This document shows, piece after piece, positions 1 to 10,103 of a stretch of 64,000 nucleotides of DNA. Location of the stretch: contig CAWDFP010000006.1 of the NCBI GenBank assembly GCA_963801605.1, forward strand, positions 1,120,001-1,184,000, read 5' to 3'. Position numbers and translations under genes: made by a program. The DNA comes from an uncultured candidate division Zixibacteria bacterium (GTDB taxonomy: Bacteria > Zixibacteria > MSB-5A5 > UBA10806). Each line of letters begins with the position of its first letter. Position 1 is the first letter of the stretch. The notes beneath the pieces were generated by a model, which was not told the DNA's origin, made no database searches, and saw nothing but the letters and a program-made list of their open reading frames with translations.

Positions 1-164
1 AGGAGCAAGAAATCCGATAGGGGCTTACCCGCTTTTTCTCAAAAAGATTCTTCAATTCGGTGAAAAATTTCCAAATACATCTACCCCAAAATCATTGAGA
101 GACGGCGATGCCCCAATCGGATTTCAGTGCCCCGATCGGAGATCGGGGCAAGCGGAACCCTGGC
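1..164. repeat. Four-way-junction structured repeat, copy A (truncated at window start)
   Basis: Central stem GAAATCCGAT-A-GGGGC...GCCCC-A-ATCGGATTTC, hairpin TGCCCCGATC-GGA-GATCGGGGCA, then the right outer arm GCGGAACCC shared with four other copies. Confidence 0.8.
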
Positions 165-194
165 GGCAAGACGGCTCGTGACGCCAATTTGATT

Positions 195-223
195 TTGACA
201 TTTAGGAGATACGGGCCTATATT
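195..223 (+). promoter_or_regulatory. sigma70-type promoter of acpS
   Basis: TTGACA-N17-TATATT, 8 nt before the GTG start. Confidence 0.6.
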
Positions 224-231
224 CAAATTCT

Positions 232-630
232 GTGACAGCGAATATTGAATCGGTGGGCATCGATTTGGCTGATGTCCCCAGGATCAGAAAGGCGATCGAG
301 CAATACGGTGATCGTTTCCTTTCGCGCGTATTCACTCCCTGGGAAATCCAATATTGTCATTCGAAAATAAATCCCGAGTTGTCATTTGCGGCCAGGTTCG
401 CTGTTAAAGAAGCGGTTTTCAAGGCTATCGGTACCGGTTTTGCCGAGGGCGTTAAATGGACATCGGTGGAAGTAGTTAACGATAAGCGTGGCCAGCCTCA
501 GGTGCGTTTGGGTCAGGCTATCAGACGTCATATCGGATCTAAAGAAATTATGATTTCGTTATCTCATTCCAAAGATTACGCAATTGCATGTGCGATTCTT
601 GTTTCCAAAGCCAATGTAAATGGCAGTTAG
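232..630 (+). CDS. acpS: holo-[acyl-carrier-protein] synthase
   Basis: GIDL, FAARFAVKEAVFKA and ISLSHS motifs; 132 aa. Confidence 0.95.
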   Translation: MTANIESVGIDLADVPRIRKAIEQYGDRFLSRVFTPWEIQYCHSKINPELSFAARFAVKEAVFKAIGTGFAEGVKWTSVEVVNDKRGQPQVRLGQAIRRHIGSKEIMISLSHSKDYAIACAILVSKANVNGS

Positions 631-669
631 TTTGATTATAAATTTATTTTCTAATAGCGGAGGGAAAAG

Positions 670-1407
670 GTGAACACCCCATTTCAGACAAAAACGGAAA
701 TGGTGGAGATTGCCAAACGTCTCTACCAGCGGGATCATATCGGGGCTGCTGAGGGCAACCTCTCGACACGCCTTTCGGATGGCAGGATCATGATTACACC
801 GTCGGGGGCCAATAAGGGCTATATGAAACCCGAGGACCTGATCATTTGCGATTCAGCCGGCAAGAAGCTCCAGGGAAGCGGAAAGCCATCCTCGGAGATC
901 AAGCTTCATATCGCAATTTATAATTGGAGGTCGGACATAATTGCCATCTGTCATGCTCATCCGCTTTATGCAACCGCTTATTCGGCGGCCAGGATCGCTC
1001 TCGATCGCTGCATTTTGCCGGAGGTGGTCGCTACGCTTGGGGCGGTTCCGTTGGCGCATTATGGAGCGCCCGGTTCAAGCGATCTGCCGGAGACATTAGC
1101 TTCCCTTGTCGACCGTTATGATGCATTTTTACTTGAGGCACATGGGGTTTTGACATTAGGCAAAAGTCTTGAGGATGCTTTCAATAAAATCGAAATTGTC
1201 GAACGTTACGCCCATATCCTTTCGATTGCCGAACGACTTGGAGAGGTTAAAGAGCTATCGCCTGCTGAAATAGAGCGAATGCTAAAATCCGCGGGACGAT
1301 TGAATCTCAAAGATGAGCTTCTCGCTCACCGCACCGCCGAAAAGTTAGATAAGAAATCTGCTGATTCACCCGCCACGCCTGATAGGAGAGCCTCAGGCTA
1401 TCGTTGA
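670..1407 (+). CDS. class II aldolase/adducin family protein (FucA-like)
   Basis: EGNLS, ITPSG, PSSE, HAHP and EAHG metal-binding motifs. Confidence 0.9.
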   Translation: MNTPFQTKTEMVEIAKRLYQRDHIGAAEGNLSTRLSDGRIMITPSGANKGYMKPEDLIICDSAGKKLQGSGKPSSEIKLHIAIYNWRSDIIAICHAHPLYATAYSAARIALDRCILPEVVATLGAVPLAHYGAPGSSDLPETLASLVDRYDAFLLEAHGVLTLGKSLEDAFNKIEIVERYAHILSIAERLGEVKELSPAEIERMLKSAGRLNLKDELLAHRTAEKLDKKSADSPATPDRRASGYR

Positions 1408-2580
1408 TGAAAGTTGTCATAAATAAAGCTGACCGGCTCTGGAAACTTCCGCAGCCTGTTTTGGGAGGGATGCACTTTACTCAAAAGAGACTGGCAGCCC
1501 GGCATGTCGAACTTATCGATCTGGAAAGCTTTGTCCCTGAGATTCCTCCTGCGCTTAGGCGGGCCGTTAACACTGGCGATTTATTAAATTCAGTATCCAA
1601 TTCCGACCTTGTCGCTCGGCTGGCTCAAAAGATCACTGCGAAACACTTTTCCCTGAAATCTATTTCGCTTGATCCTGAAAAGGAAATTGCCATCACCCCC
1701 GGTATCAGGGCATCCGCCATGATGCTTTCCCTGGGCATGCTCAATCCCGGCGATACGGCCGCTTATCCTGATCCTGGCATGCCATATATCAGAACCGCGA
1801 TTTGTTTGGCGGATGGTGCGCCTCGCAAATACTCTCTTCTTGAAAACAACGATTATATTATTAATATTTCATCTTTTCTCGGGGCCCCCTCGAAGAAAAT
1901 TAAGATTCTTTTTATAAACTATCCACACGATCCCACCGGCGCGACAGTAGATTTTTATTTTTACCGGGAGCTGTTGAAATCCTTTCGTTCAACAAACTGC
2001 CTTATCGTTGCCGATTGCGCCTATATTTATCCCGGAAATCCCGATCCCGCCGGGCCCCTTCAGATTAAAAATGCAACTGGTAAGGCGGTGGAGTTTCATT
2101 CCTTTGCCACTACGTTGGGGCTGCCAGGCTTAGGATTTGCTGTGGGCCATAAAGATGTGATAGCAATTTTGAAAGCCCTTTTTGCCGCACAGGGGTTCGC
2201 TCCCCAAAACCAATCGCTGAGTTGGGCGCTTTCCGCGCTTGACCATCAGGAAGAAGCTTTTCAGAGCCGTATGGAAACCTTAAAAAAGCGTCGCGAAATT
2301 CTAATTGAGGGTCTTAAGGAGCTTGGATGGAAAGTGCGAAGCTCCCGATTAACGCCATTTATCTGGACCGCCCCGAAGTGCATACTAGTTCGGCAGCATT
2401 TGCCAGACGTCTTTACGCCAAGGCCGGTGTCAAGGTAGCGCCGGGCACAGATTTCGGCGAAGCGGCGAGGGCTGGTTGCGCCTGTCGCTATGTTGTGATG
2501 AACAAACGCTTTCCGAGGCTCTTAAACGGCTTGCGGAGCATTCGAAAATCTGGCAGAGAAAATACAAACCTGAGGACTAA
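1407..2580 (+). CDS. class I/II aminotransferase-fold protein (LL-DAP aminotransferase-like), split by two -1 frameshifts (~2368, ~2462); canonical PLP lysine not seen
   Basis: NYPHDPTG, ADCAY and EFHSF motifs; the C-terminus continues in other frames as AGVKVAPGTDFGE, then GEGWLRLSL...KPED*. Confidence 0.75.
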
Positions 2581-2583
2581 TTG

Positions 2584-3237
2584 ATGGCATCCGGCGGTTA
2601 TATTGCAATCGAGGGACCGATTGGGGTCGGTAAGACTACCCTGGCACAACAGCTAACGGACCATTTCAAGGGACGATTAATTCTGGAGCTAGCCGAAGAT
2701 AATCCCTTTTTGCCCGATTTCTATAAGAACCGCGAACGGTTCGCTTTTCATACCCAGCTCTTTTTTCTCATGAGCCGCTTTCGGCAACAAGAGGAGTTTT
2801 CCACTTACGATCTTTTCACGGAAACTATCGTTTCGGATTATCTTTTTGCCAAAGACAGGATTTTCGCATCGCTCAATCTGTCAAATCGGGAACTGGCGCT
2901 CTATGATCGGGTGGCCACAGTACTCGAACAAAATATCGTTTGGCCGGATCTGGTCATCTATCTAACAGCCTCGCTTGATATTTTATTGGGACGAATTAAA
3001 GAACGTAATCGTAATTTTGAAAAAGCGTTCGATAGCGATTATCTGGCACAGCTCTGTGAATCCTATAGCAATTTCTTTTTTTACTATAACCATACGCCGC
3101 TTTTAGTTGTGAAAACCGATAATTTTGATTTCCGACGCGATAACGATAAATTTGCCTACCTGGTTGAAAAAATAATGTCTAAACCGACCGGAACTGAGTA
3201 TATTTCTTTCGATAGCTTGATTATCGGTGGTAACTAA
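2584..3237 (+). CDS. deoxynucleoside kinase
   Basis: IEGPIGVGKTT P-loop, QLFFL-SR, PDLVIYL; typical neighbour of folK/panB. Confidence 0.9.
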   Translation: MASGGYIAIEGPIGVGKTTLAQQLTDHFKGRLILELAEDNPFLPDFYKNRERFAFHTQLFFLMSRFRQQEEFSTYDLFTETIVSDYLFAKDRIFASLNLSNRELALYDRVATVLEQNIVWPDLVIYLTASLDILLGRIKERNRNFEKAFDSDYLAQLCESYSNFFFYYNHTPLLVVKTDNFDFRRDNDKFAYLVEKIMSKPTGTEYISFDSLIIGGN

Positions 3238-3281
3238 AGGTTGCCGGTTTGTACAGCCGGTTTTCTAAAAAGGAGCCGAAT

Positions 3282-3632
3282 ATGGCATACATCAGACTCA
3301 TGAATATGACATTCTATGGTTTTCATGGTGTCGCCGCCGCCGAGCAGGAAACCGGACGACGGTATGAAGTCGATTGCGAGTTGGAATGCGATGTTGCCAG
3401 GGCCGCCAAAAGCGATCATCTCGATGATACAGTAAATTATGTTTCGATTTATGAGATTGTAGAGGAGTTTCTGGTACGGCACCATTATAATCTTCTGGAA
3501 ACGCTCGCTGAACGCCTTAGAGCGGAAATTAAAAAGCAGGTAGGCGCGTCTAAAGTTACCGTCCGCGTTAGAAAACGGATTCCGCCGGTGCCGGGCAATA
3601 TCGATTTTATTGAAGTTGAGACCACGGGGTAA
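3282..3632 (+). CDS. folB: dihydroneopterin aldolase
   Basis: FYGFHGV...EQETG, DTVNY, LLETLA; AAGGAG RBS before ATG 3282. Confidence 0.93.
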   Translation: MAYIRLMNMTFYGFHGVAAAEQETGRRYEVDCELECDVARAAKSDHLDDTVNYVSIYEIVEEFLVRHHYNLLETLAERLRAEIKKQVGASKVTVRVRKRIPPVPGNIDFIEVETTG

Positions 3633-3651
3633 GGTAGTAAGGAGTTTGTCA

Positions 3652-4179
3652 ATGGCCGATGTTTTTTTGGGAATGGGTTCCAATGTTGGAGATAAAATTG
3701 GAAATATAAGGGAAGCGCTTGGGCTACTAAATAAATCCGGAAAAATAAGCCTGGCTGCCATTTCATCGCTTTATGAAACCGAACCGGTGGGAGTTTCGGG
3801 GCAACCGGAATATGTTAATTGTGTGGTGCGCCTGGAGACGGAACTCGATCCCCATTCGCTTCTGAACTTGCTTAAAAGTGTAGAATCCACTCTCGGACGA
3901 AAGCCTCATTCACATCTTCGTCCGCGCCCGATAGATATCGATATCTTACTTTATGATGATATTGACCTCGAATCACTGGAACTTGTGATCCCTCATTCAC
4001 GTCTTAAAGTTAGGCGATTTGCCCTTGAACCGATTTTGGAAATCGATCCTGAGGCAGCAGATCCGATTACGGGCAAACCGCTACGCGAATTTTTGAACGA
4101 CGTCATGACGCAGAAGATAAAAATAGTAGCTTCTTCAAATGAGGTTTGGAATGGCCCAGGGCGGTCCGCAGAAGCCTGA
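3652..4179 (+). CDS. folK: 2-amino-4-hydroxy-6-hydroxymethyldihydropteridine diphosphokinase
   Basis: LGMGSNVGD, SSLYETEP, PRPIDIDIL, IPH; AAGGAG RBS. Confidence 0.95.
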   Translation: MADVFLGMGSNVGDKIGNIREALGLLNKSGKISLAAISSLYETEPVGVSGQPEYVNCVVRLETELDPHSLLNLLKSVESTLGRKPHSHLRPRPIDIDILLYDDIDLESLELVIPHSRLKVRRFALEPILEIDPEAADPITGKPLREFLNDVMTQKIKIVASSNEVWNGPGRSAEA

Positions 4180-4984
4180 AACCGGCAAGGTCACTACTCG
4201 TACCATTCGGCGAATGAAGCAGGACGGCCGTAAGATTGCTGTCCTGACTGCTTATGATTTTCCCACCGCCAGAATCATGGACCAAGCGGGGATCGACTGT
4301 ATTCTGGTGGGAGATTCCGCCGGTACGGTCGTAGCGGGATATAAAAATACTCTGCCGATCACAATGGACGAAATGATTTTCCTCTGCAGGTCCGTGATGC
4401 GGGGAGTCGAGCGGGCACTGGTTGTCGGAGATATGCCCTTTATGAGTTTCCAGCCATCCGAGGAGGAAGCCATTAAGAACGCCGGCCGTTTTCTCAAAGA
4501 GGGTGGAGTTCAGGCAGTTAAACTTGAGGGCGGCTCGGAGATCGCGCCTCTCGTAACCAAGCTGGTTAATTACGGCATACCTGTCATGGGACATATCGGT
4601 TTGACACCGCAATCGCTCAATAAGTTTGGCGGTTATTTGGTGATGGGAAAAACCGAACGTCAACAAAATTATTTTATGCGTTCGGCCCAGGATCTTCAGG
4701 AGGCCGGATGCTTTGCCATTGTGCTTGAGTCGATGATTCCCGATCTGGCCAGGGAAATCACTGAATCGCTGAAAATCCCCACCATCGGTATCGGCGCCGG
4801 GATCGAATGCGATGGACAGGTCCTGGTTATTTCCGATATGATCGGGCTTTTCGAGGAGTTCCGTCCGAAATTTGTACGCACTTATGCTAATATGGCCGAT
4901 GTCATCCGCAAGGCCGTATCATCATACATCGACGATGTTAAGCAAGGCCGGTTTCCTGATGAAAGCGAAAGCTACGGCTCGTAA
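4151..4984 (+). CDS. panB: 3-methyl-2-oxobutanoate hydroxymethyltransferase
   Basis: LTAYD, LVGDS, DMPFMS, VKLEGG, GHIGLTPQ, IGIGAG. Confidence 0.97.
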   Translation: MAQGGPQKPETGKVTTRTIRRMKQDGRKIAVLTAYDFPTARIMDQAGIDCILVGDSAGTVVAGYKNTLPITMDEMIFLCRSVMRGVERALVVGDMPFMSFQPSEEEAIKNAGRFLKEGGVQAVKLEGGSEIAPLVTKLVNYGIPVMGHIGLTPQSLNKFGGYLVMGKTERQQNYFMRSAQDLQEAGCFAIVLESMIPDLAREITESLKIPTIGIGAGIECDGQVLVISDMIGLFEEFRPKFVRTYANMADVIRKAVSSYIDDVKQGRFPDESESYGS

Positions 4985-4992
4985 TTAGCTCC

Positions 4993-5850
4993 ATGCCCGT
5001 CCTCGTAATCAAATCACCCCATAAAATGCAGGTTATGGCGGATTCGCTTCGCCTCGATGGTAAAATTATCGGCCTTGTTCCTACTATGGGCGCTCTTCAT
5101 GAGGGGCATCTAAAATTGGTCAAAATTGCAGTGAAACGCGCCGATATTGTCATCGTCTCGATTTTTGTCAACCCCGCTCAATTTGGACCGGGCGAGGATT
5201 TTGGCAAATACCCTCGCAACTTCAAATCCGATTGCGATAAGCTTGAACGTGCCGGCGCCAAAATCATATTTCACCCCTCAGCGGATGATATTTATCCGAA
5301 AGGATTCGATACTTATCTCGATATGGGCAAAATAGGAGAAATCCTTGAGGGAAAACGTCGCCCCGGACATTTCAGAGGAGTGGCTACCGTTTGCGCCAAG
5401 CTTTTTAATATCACTAAGCCACATTTTGCTGTCTTCGGCCAAAAGGACGGTCAACAGCTGGCTATCATCAGGAAGATGGTGCGCGATCTTAATTTCGATC
5501 TTGAAATCATCAAGGGGCCAATCGTGCGTACCAAAGGCGGCGTAGCGATGTCGTCCCGCCATGCCTATCTATCGGAATTGGACCTCGAAAAAGCAAAGGT
5601 GATAAAACGCTCTCTTGATTTGGCTAAAGATCTCATCAATAGAGGCGTGCGCACCGCAGATCAAATAGATTCTCGCATGCGAAAACTGATCGAATCAATC
5701 CCCGGCGTTAAAATTGATTATATCGCTTTCAGTCGCTGGGACGATCTAACACCGCTCACACGGCTTTCGGGTGATGTTATGATTTCGTTGGTGGTCGTTA
5801 TTAATGGCGTGCGCCTGCTTGATAACATAATCCTGAAAATACCACGCTGA
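4993..5850 (+). CDS. panC: pantoate--beta-alanine ligase
   Basis: PTMGALHEGH, SIFVNPAQF, RPGHFRGV, FGQKD, AMSSR, RLLDN. Confidence 0.97.
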   Translation: MPVLVIKSPHKMQVMADSLRLDGKIIGLVPTMGALHEGHLKLVKIAVKRADIVIVSIFVNPAQFGPGEDFGKYPRNFKSDCDKLERAGAKIIFHPSADDIYPKGFDTYLDMGKIGEILEGKRRPGHFRGVATVCAKLFNITKPHFAVFGQKDGQQLAIIRKMVRDLNFDLEIIKGPIVRTKGGVAMSSRHAYLSELDLEKAKVIKRSLDLAKDLINRGVRTADQIDSRMRKLIESIPGVKIDYIAFSRWDDLTPLTRLSGDVMISLVVVINGVRLLDNIILKIPR

Positions 5851-5865
5851 TAATAATCGTTGTGA

Positions 5866-5894
5866 CGTCAGAAGGACTGGTCTGACCTGACGCA
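5866..5894. repeat. REP-like short palindrome
   Basis: CGTCAG...CTGACG hairpin; its 3' end TGACCTGACGCA is identical to the copy at 13868-13879. Confidence 0.45.
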
Positions 5895-5950
5895 AATATG
5901 AATGTATTAATTATATTTGGGGATCGAAAAACGGAACTCTATTCGAGACT

Positions 5951-6313
5951 TTATCCTTTTATCCCGATTATAACAACGCCCGCTAAAACCAGAAAAATGC
6001 CCAACCACTTGATTGTACTAAAAGGTTCCTTTAGCCACAGGAACGATACCAGTACAACCAGCGCATAACCGCTGCTCATCAGAATTGGATACGCCACCGA
6101 AAGCTGAGTCCGTGACAGGACTACAATATATCCTGCCACCGAGGAGACATATCCGGCCAATCCCAAAAGTACATATAGGTTGGATATCGCACTTAGCGCA
6201 AATTCCAATATTGGTCTGCTGCCCAACTGGCCCACTTGATTCATACCAACTTTAAGAAACACATGCCCGCAAACATTCAGGGCAATGACAAAGAGCATTA
6301 GTATAATCAGCAT
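5951..6313 (-). CDS. SMR/EamA family small membrane transporter (ArnE/F-like)
   Basis: 120 aa, four hydrophobic helices, LSVAYP and LKEP motifs. Confidence 0.8.
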   Translation of the reverse strand: MLIILMLFVIALNVCGHVFLKVGMNQVGQLGSRPILEFALSAISNLYVLLGLAGYVSSVAGYIVVLSRTQLSVAYPILMSSGYALVVLVSFLWLKEPFSTIKWLGIFLVLAGVVIIGIKG

Positions 6314-6362
6314 TATCTATCCTCGCAGCTTTTTGAAATATCCTATTTGATATGTCGGGCTA

Positions 6363-7448
6363 TCAATAGCTCTGAAAAAGTTGACCCCAATCGGTGGTTT
6401 TAAGCCAGTGATCGAATATCGGTTTGCCCTTGAACCTGTACCAAAGCGTATCATGATACAAAGCCGAACCGAATACGAAAAAATATACCAGCGGCGTATG
6501 AAATAGTAGCCGCTGCATGAATTTTAACGGCGAAAACCAGAAAATGGCGCCGGCGGAAATTAGATTATGCCCGACAGGAAAGTTGAAATTAAGATTCGAA
6601 ATATCAATTCCTTTAACATCAATTTCCTCAATTCTACCAACACCGAGCCCTTGTTCGTGCGCCATTCTAATATAGCCGATTGACATTGGGTCAAATCCCA
6701 TAATTTTGGCTGCTACAGCGTCTATTGCGACCTGGTCGGACGAGGCTAATATCAGATTCTTAACATGCGGCGTCATAGTTCGAGGTCCAGGTCCGGAACC
6801 CGCAGTAGTGCCATCCATAAAGGCAAAGATTCCAGGATGAATCTCTTTCTGGATCGCCAACAAGTCTACCAGAGTCTTATGTATCTCCGAATGCGTATAA
6901 TGTCTTTTTGTAGAAAGTAAACCGCCGAAGGCATTTTTCATGGCGCCAGTGGTGGTGGTGTAGATATGCGTTTTCAAAGTTGGCAAATGAACAATATTTT
7001 TTCCAATAAAATATTCCGGAATGTGAATCCCTTTGTTAAAAATCTTATCGAGGACGAGCATCTTGGCTTTGGGATGATATTCAATCCATTTTAAATCTTT
7101 TGGGTCGTTATTATAGTGTTCCTCGATCTTATTCTTTTCGTAAATTTTTTTCAATTTGAGTAGCTTGCCGCCCACATAGGGATTTGTTACCACTGTATTA
7201 TTATGGACTGCCACCAAATCGCAAAGTCCGTTTGTCTGCAAAGCCCGTATAGCGCCATCGAGCTGCCAGGGAACCGTGTTGGCCCCGGGAAATGGCAGAT
7301 GCCAGGTAATATTATCTTTTAAGATAGTGGGCTTGGATTTATCAAGCGCATCGCTTATTCCGGCCAAACCGCCAAGTTTGGCATAATCATCGATTACGCT
7401 CTTTGGCCTGGTTTCTAAAATGGCCACAATTGGTTTATTTGAATTCAT
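6363..7448 (-). CDS. DUF362 domain-containing protein
   Basis: LKDN, HLPTLKTH...TGAMKNAFG, DGTTAG-G-GP, DQVAID motifs. Confidence 0.8.
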   Translation of the reverse strand: MNSNKPIVAILETRPKSVIDDYAKLGGLAGISDALDKSKPTILKDNITWHLPFPGANTVPWQLDGAIRALQTNGLCDLVAVHNNTVVTNPYVGGKLLKLKKIYEKNKIEEHYNNDPKDLKWIEYHPKAKMLVLDKIFNKGIHIPEYFIGKNIVHLPTLKTHIYTTTTGAMKNAFGGLLSTKRHYTHSEIHKTLVDLLAIQKEIHPGIFAFMDGTTAGSGPGPRTMTPHVKNLILASSDQVAIDAVAAKIMGFDPMSIGYIRMAHEQGLGVGRIEEIDVKGIDISNLNFNFPVGHNLISAGAIFWFSPLKFMQRLLFHTPLVYFFVFGSALYHDTLWYRFKGKPIFDHWLKTTDWGQLFQSY

Positions 7449-7460
7449 GTCTGCTCCAAA

Positions 7461-8363
7461 TTACGCAAAATGAAACACCGATAAGACCGCCGCCAACCAT
7501 AATAGTACGCAAATCATGAGTGGGGGGTCGGTTAATAATAGTCTCGTGGGGCTGCCCCCTTCATCGCGCTTAAAAATTAAATATTGATATCTGAAAATCC
7601 CGTAGAGTACAAACGGTATTGTTGATGACATCCACTTGGTTTGAAAATGCTCGACCACCTCCGGTGATAGAGTATAAAACGCGTATGCAACCACCGTTGA
7701 GGCGGTAACGACTGATATCATCTGGTCCAGGAAGGGAACCGAGTAATTTTCAAGAGACCTGCGATGACTACCGGCGTCGTTGGTGAGCAACGATAGTTCG
7801 TGACGGCGTTTTCCGAATCCCAGAAAAAGCGCCAGAAGAGTGGTACAGACCAAAAGCCAGGGGGAGATCGGAACAGAAATCGCTAATCCTCCTGCTACAG
7901 CTCTTAAAACAAAGCCGGAGGCTATTGTCATGACATCTATTATGACGATATGCTTCAGGACCAGAGTATATGTAATATTTATAATTACATATGAAATTAG
8001 AGCAATGAATGTCTCAAAATTAACTAATAACGATATAATCACTCCACCCAGCAGCAGGATCAAGGCTACTGCAATGGCAACCAATATCGGGACCTTTCCC
8101 GAGGCTATGGGACGTTTGGATTTTATGGGATGTTTTTTATCGTTTTCGCGGTCCAGTACATCGTTAAACAGATAAACCGCTGATGTACCCAGACAAAAAG
8201 CCACAAAGGTAATTACCGCCAGGCCGATCTTTTCGGGGACCTCATATTCTTTAGCGAATATCAAGGCCGCAAATATTATCAGATTTTTAACCCAGTGTCC
8301 CGGCCGGGCGCTTATTACAAGTCCCATAAACATTAAGAACTTAATATTACATTTAGGATACAT
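7461..8363 (-). CDS. UbiA family decaprenyl-phosphate phosphoribosyltransferase (true start may be slightly downstream)
   Basis: RP-HWVKN, NDVLDRENDKKHP-K-KRPIASG, GFVLR, KRRHEL, YGIFRY, GGSPT. Confidence 0.9.
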   Translation of the reverse strand: MYPKCNIKFLMFMGLVISARPGHWVKNLIIFAALIFAKEYEVPEKIGLAVITFVAFCLGTSAVYLFNDVLDRENDKKHPIKSKRPIASGKVPILVAIAVALILLLGGVIISLLVNFETFIALISYVIINITYTLVLKHIVIIDVMTIASGFVLRAVAGGLAISVPISPWLLVCTTLLALFLGFGKRRHELSLLTNDAGSHRRSLENYSVPFLDQMISVVTASTVVAYAFYTLSPEVVEHFQTKWMSSTIPFVLYGIFRYQYLIFKRDEGGSPTRLLLTDPPLMICVLLWLAAVLSVFHFA

Positions 8364-8510
8364 TCGGTCAAGTTAAAAGAAAATCCCTAAACATGGAGGC
8401 CGTTTTCGGGGTTGAATTATCCTGCATGTGCATTAATGGACCAAAGGCTTAATGATTAATTGAAGATCTTTTTAACAAATAATCTTGTAAATAGATCTGA
8501 TTCAAAAGGT

Positions 8511-8540
8511 AAAAAAATAGGCCCGACCTATGCCGGGCCT
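8511..8540 (-). terminator. intrinsic terminator after the GNAT gene
   Basis: AGGCCCG...CGGGCCT hairpin followed by a U-tract on the minus strand. Confidence 0.7.
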
Positions 8541-8562
8541 TAAATAATTACTATAATTCTAC

Positions 8563-9288
8563 TTAGTTGATTTTCTTGGTCATAACAGCTTCCATAAAAG
8601 CCGGCGCGCCTTTAGGATGTTGTCTTTGATAAACCTCGCGTAATTGATAGCCGCCTCGCTCCCAGTAATTAACCAATCCATGTTCTATCACGGTTCTAAG
8701 GAGGACATAAACATGCTTGGCTTCACCGCGAGCGAACTTCTCGAACTCATGCAATACCGAACTGGCCACTCCAAGATGACGATATGCGGGCAAAACGCTT
8801 AGATTGGAAATTTCGTAGTACGGCTTATCCTCGGTAACATGCTTGAATTCCGCGGCGCTGTCCAATTGGACGATACCAATGACTTTGCCGAGTTGCAGCG
8901 CCAGAAAGAAGCGGCTTCCTTTTTCCATCATCAGGCCGATATCATCGGCATTAATAAGCGGCAATGGAAAGGGCGAGATGCCGCGAAGGGGAGTGTTGTT
9001 GCGGTTGGACTCACGCATGATGTAGGCTATGCCGGCGATGTCCGCAATGGTTGCAGCTTCCAGCGTAGTTGTTGGCATCAGGTAACGCCGTAAATTGGCG
9101 CCGCGCAGATCACGAGGGTTTTTGTCGCAATCGAGTTTGGGGACTTCATCGAGATAGGGAAGGCCATCGAGATGAATGGTCCAGTCTTCGCCTTTCATTA
9201 TGGCGTCAGCCACTTTCTGCAGCCGATATTCCTGTCCCTCCCAGCGTTTCTGCAGAGCGTCAATTTTCTTCTTATCCAGTAGCATCAA
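8563..9288 (-). CDS. GNAT family N-acetyltransferase with an N-terminal extension
   Basis: LSVLPAYRHLGVA acetyl-CoA motif A and YWERGGY motif B; AAGGAGG RBS. Confidence 0.8.
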   Translation of the reverse strand: MMLLDKKKIDALQKRWEGQEYRLQKVADAIMKGEDWTIHLDGLPYLDEVPKLDCDKNPRDLRGANLRRYLMPTTTLEAATIADIAGIAYIMRESNRNNTPLRGISPFPLPLINADDIGLMMEKGSRFFLALQLGKVIGIVQLDSAAEFKHVTEDKPYYEISNLSVLPAYRHLGVASSVLHEFEKFARGEAKHVYVLLRTVIEHGLVNYWERGGYQLREVYQRQHPKGAPAFMEAVMTKKIN

Positions 9289-9381
9289 ATTTCCTCCTTT
9301 TCACACGATGACAAGAATCGTCAAAATATACCCTACTATTGGGAATGGAGCAATAGATTTATTTAATAATGAGAATGGGAA

Positions 9382-9849
9382 TTATATATCCTCAAGAGGC
9401 TTGCAAAATCGCTTTTCGATCTCTTTAACCTTCTGTAGGCGCCTCTTATGACGGTCCAGATTGGAGAATTCGGCGCTAAGAAATGCCCGGCAGAGTTCGA
9501 TCGCCAGGTTTTTGCCAATAACACGCGATCCGAGGCAAAGTATATTCATATCGTCGTGCTCTACCCCTTGATGGGCCGAATAAGTATCGTGACAAAGAGC
9601 AGATCTTACTCCCGCAATTTTATTAACCACTATGCATCCTCCTACGCCAGAGCCGCAGATAAAAACACCCCTTTCGGCATCGTGATTGGCGACCAGAAGG
9701 GCAACCCGAAGTGCATAATCGGGGTAATCCACCGGATCTTCAGTATCCGTGCCGAGATCGATCAATTCATGACCATCAGACTCCAGTACAGGTAAAAGCT
9801 GTTGCTTGAGCCATAAACCGGCATGGTCGGATGATATTGCGACTTTCAT
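9382..9849 (-). CDS. rpiB: ribose 5-phosphate isomerase B
   Basis: SDHAG, DYPD, ICGSGVG, EHDDMNILCLG, RH-RRL. Confidence 0.93.
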   Translation of the reverse strand: MKVAISSDHAGLWLKQQLLPVLESDGHELIDLGTDTEDPVDYPDYALRVALLVANHDAERGVFICGSGVGGCIVVNKIAGVRSALCHDTYSAHQGVEHDDMNILCLGSRVIGKNLAIELCRAFLSAEFSNLDRHKRRLQKVKEIEKRFCKPLEDI

Positions 9850-10047
9850 GATAAACGCTCCTGCATATTTATATTTCTTGACCTATTTATTGGCTTTTAC
9901 GCTGGCTATTGCCAGTTAAATCGGAACCATTAAAAAAAGCATTTAGCCTCATTAGAGCTTTAGCGGCCATTAACTGCAAACAATTATGGAATATACATTT
10001 CTTAGGGTTTATATCAATATCAATATTTATTAAGAATGATGGCAATT

Positions 10048-10077
10048 AAAAAAACGCCGACATCCCTGCCGGCGTTT
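10048..10077 (-). terminator. intrinsic terminator of the basic microprotein gene
   Basis: AAACGCCGGCA...TGTCGGCGTTTTTTT on the minus strand. Confidence 0.75.
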
Positions 10078-10103
10078 ATACTCGGATACCAGTCGCAATA
10101 CGC

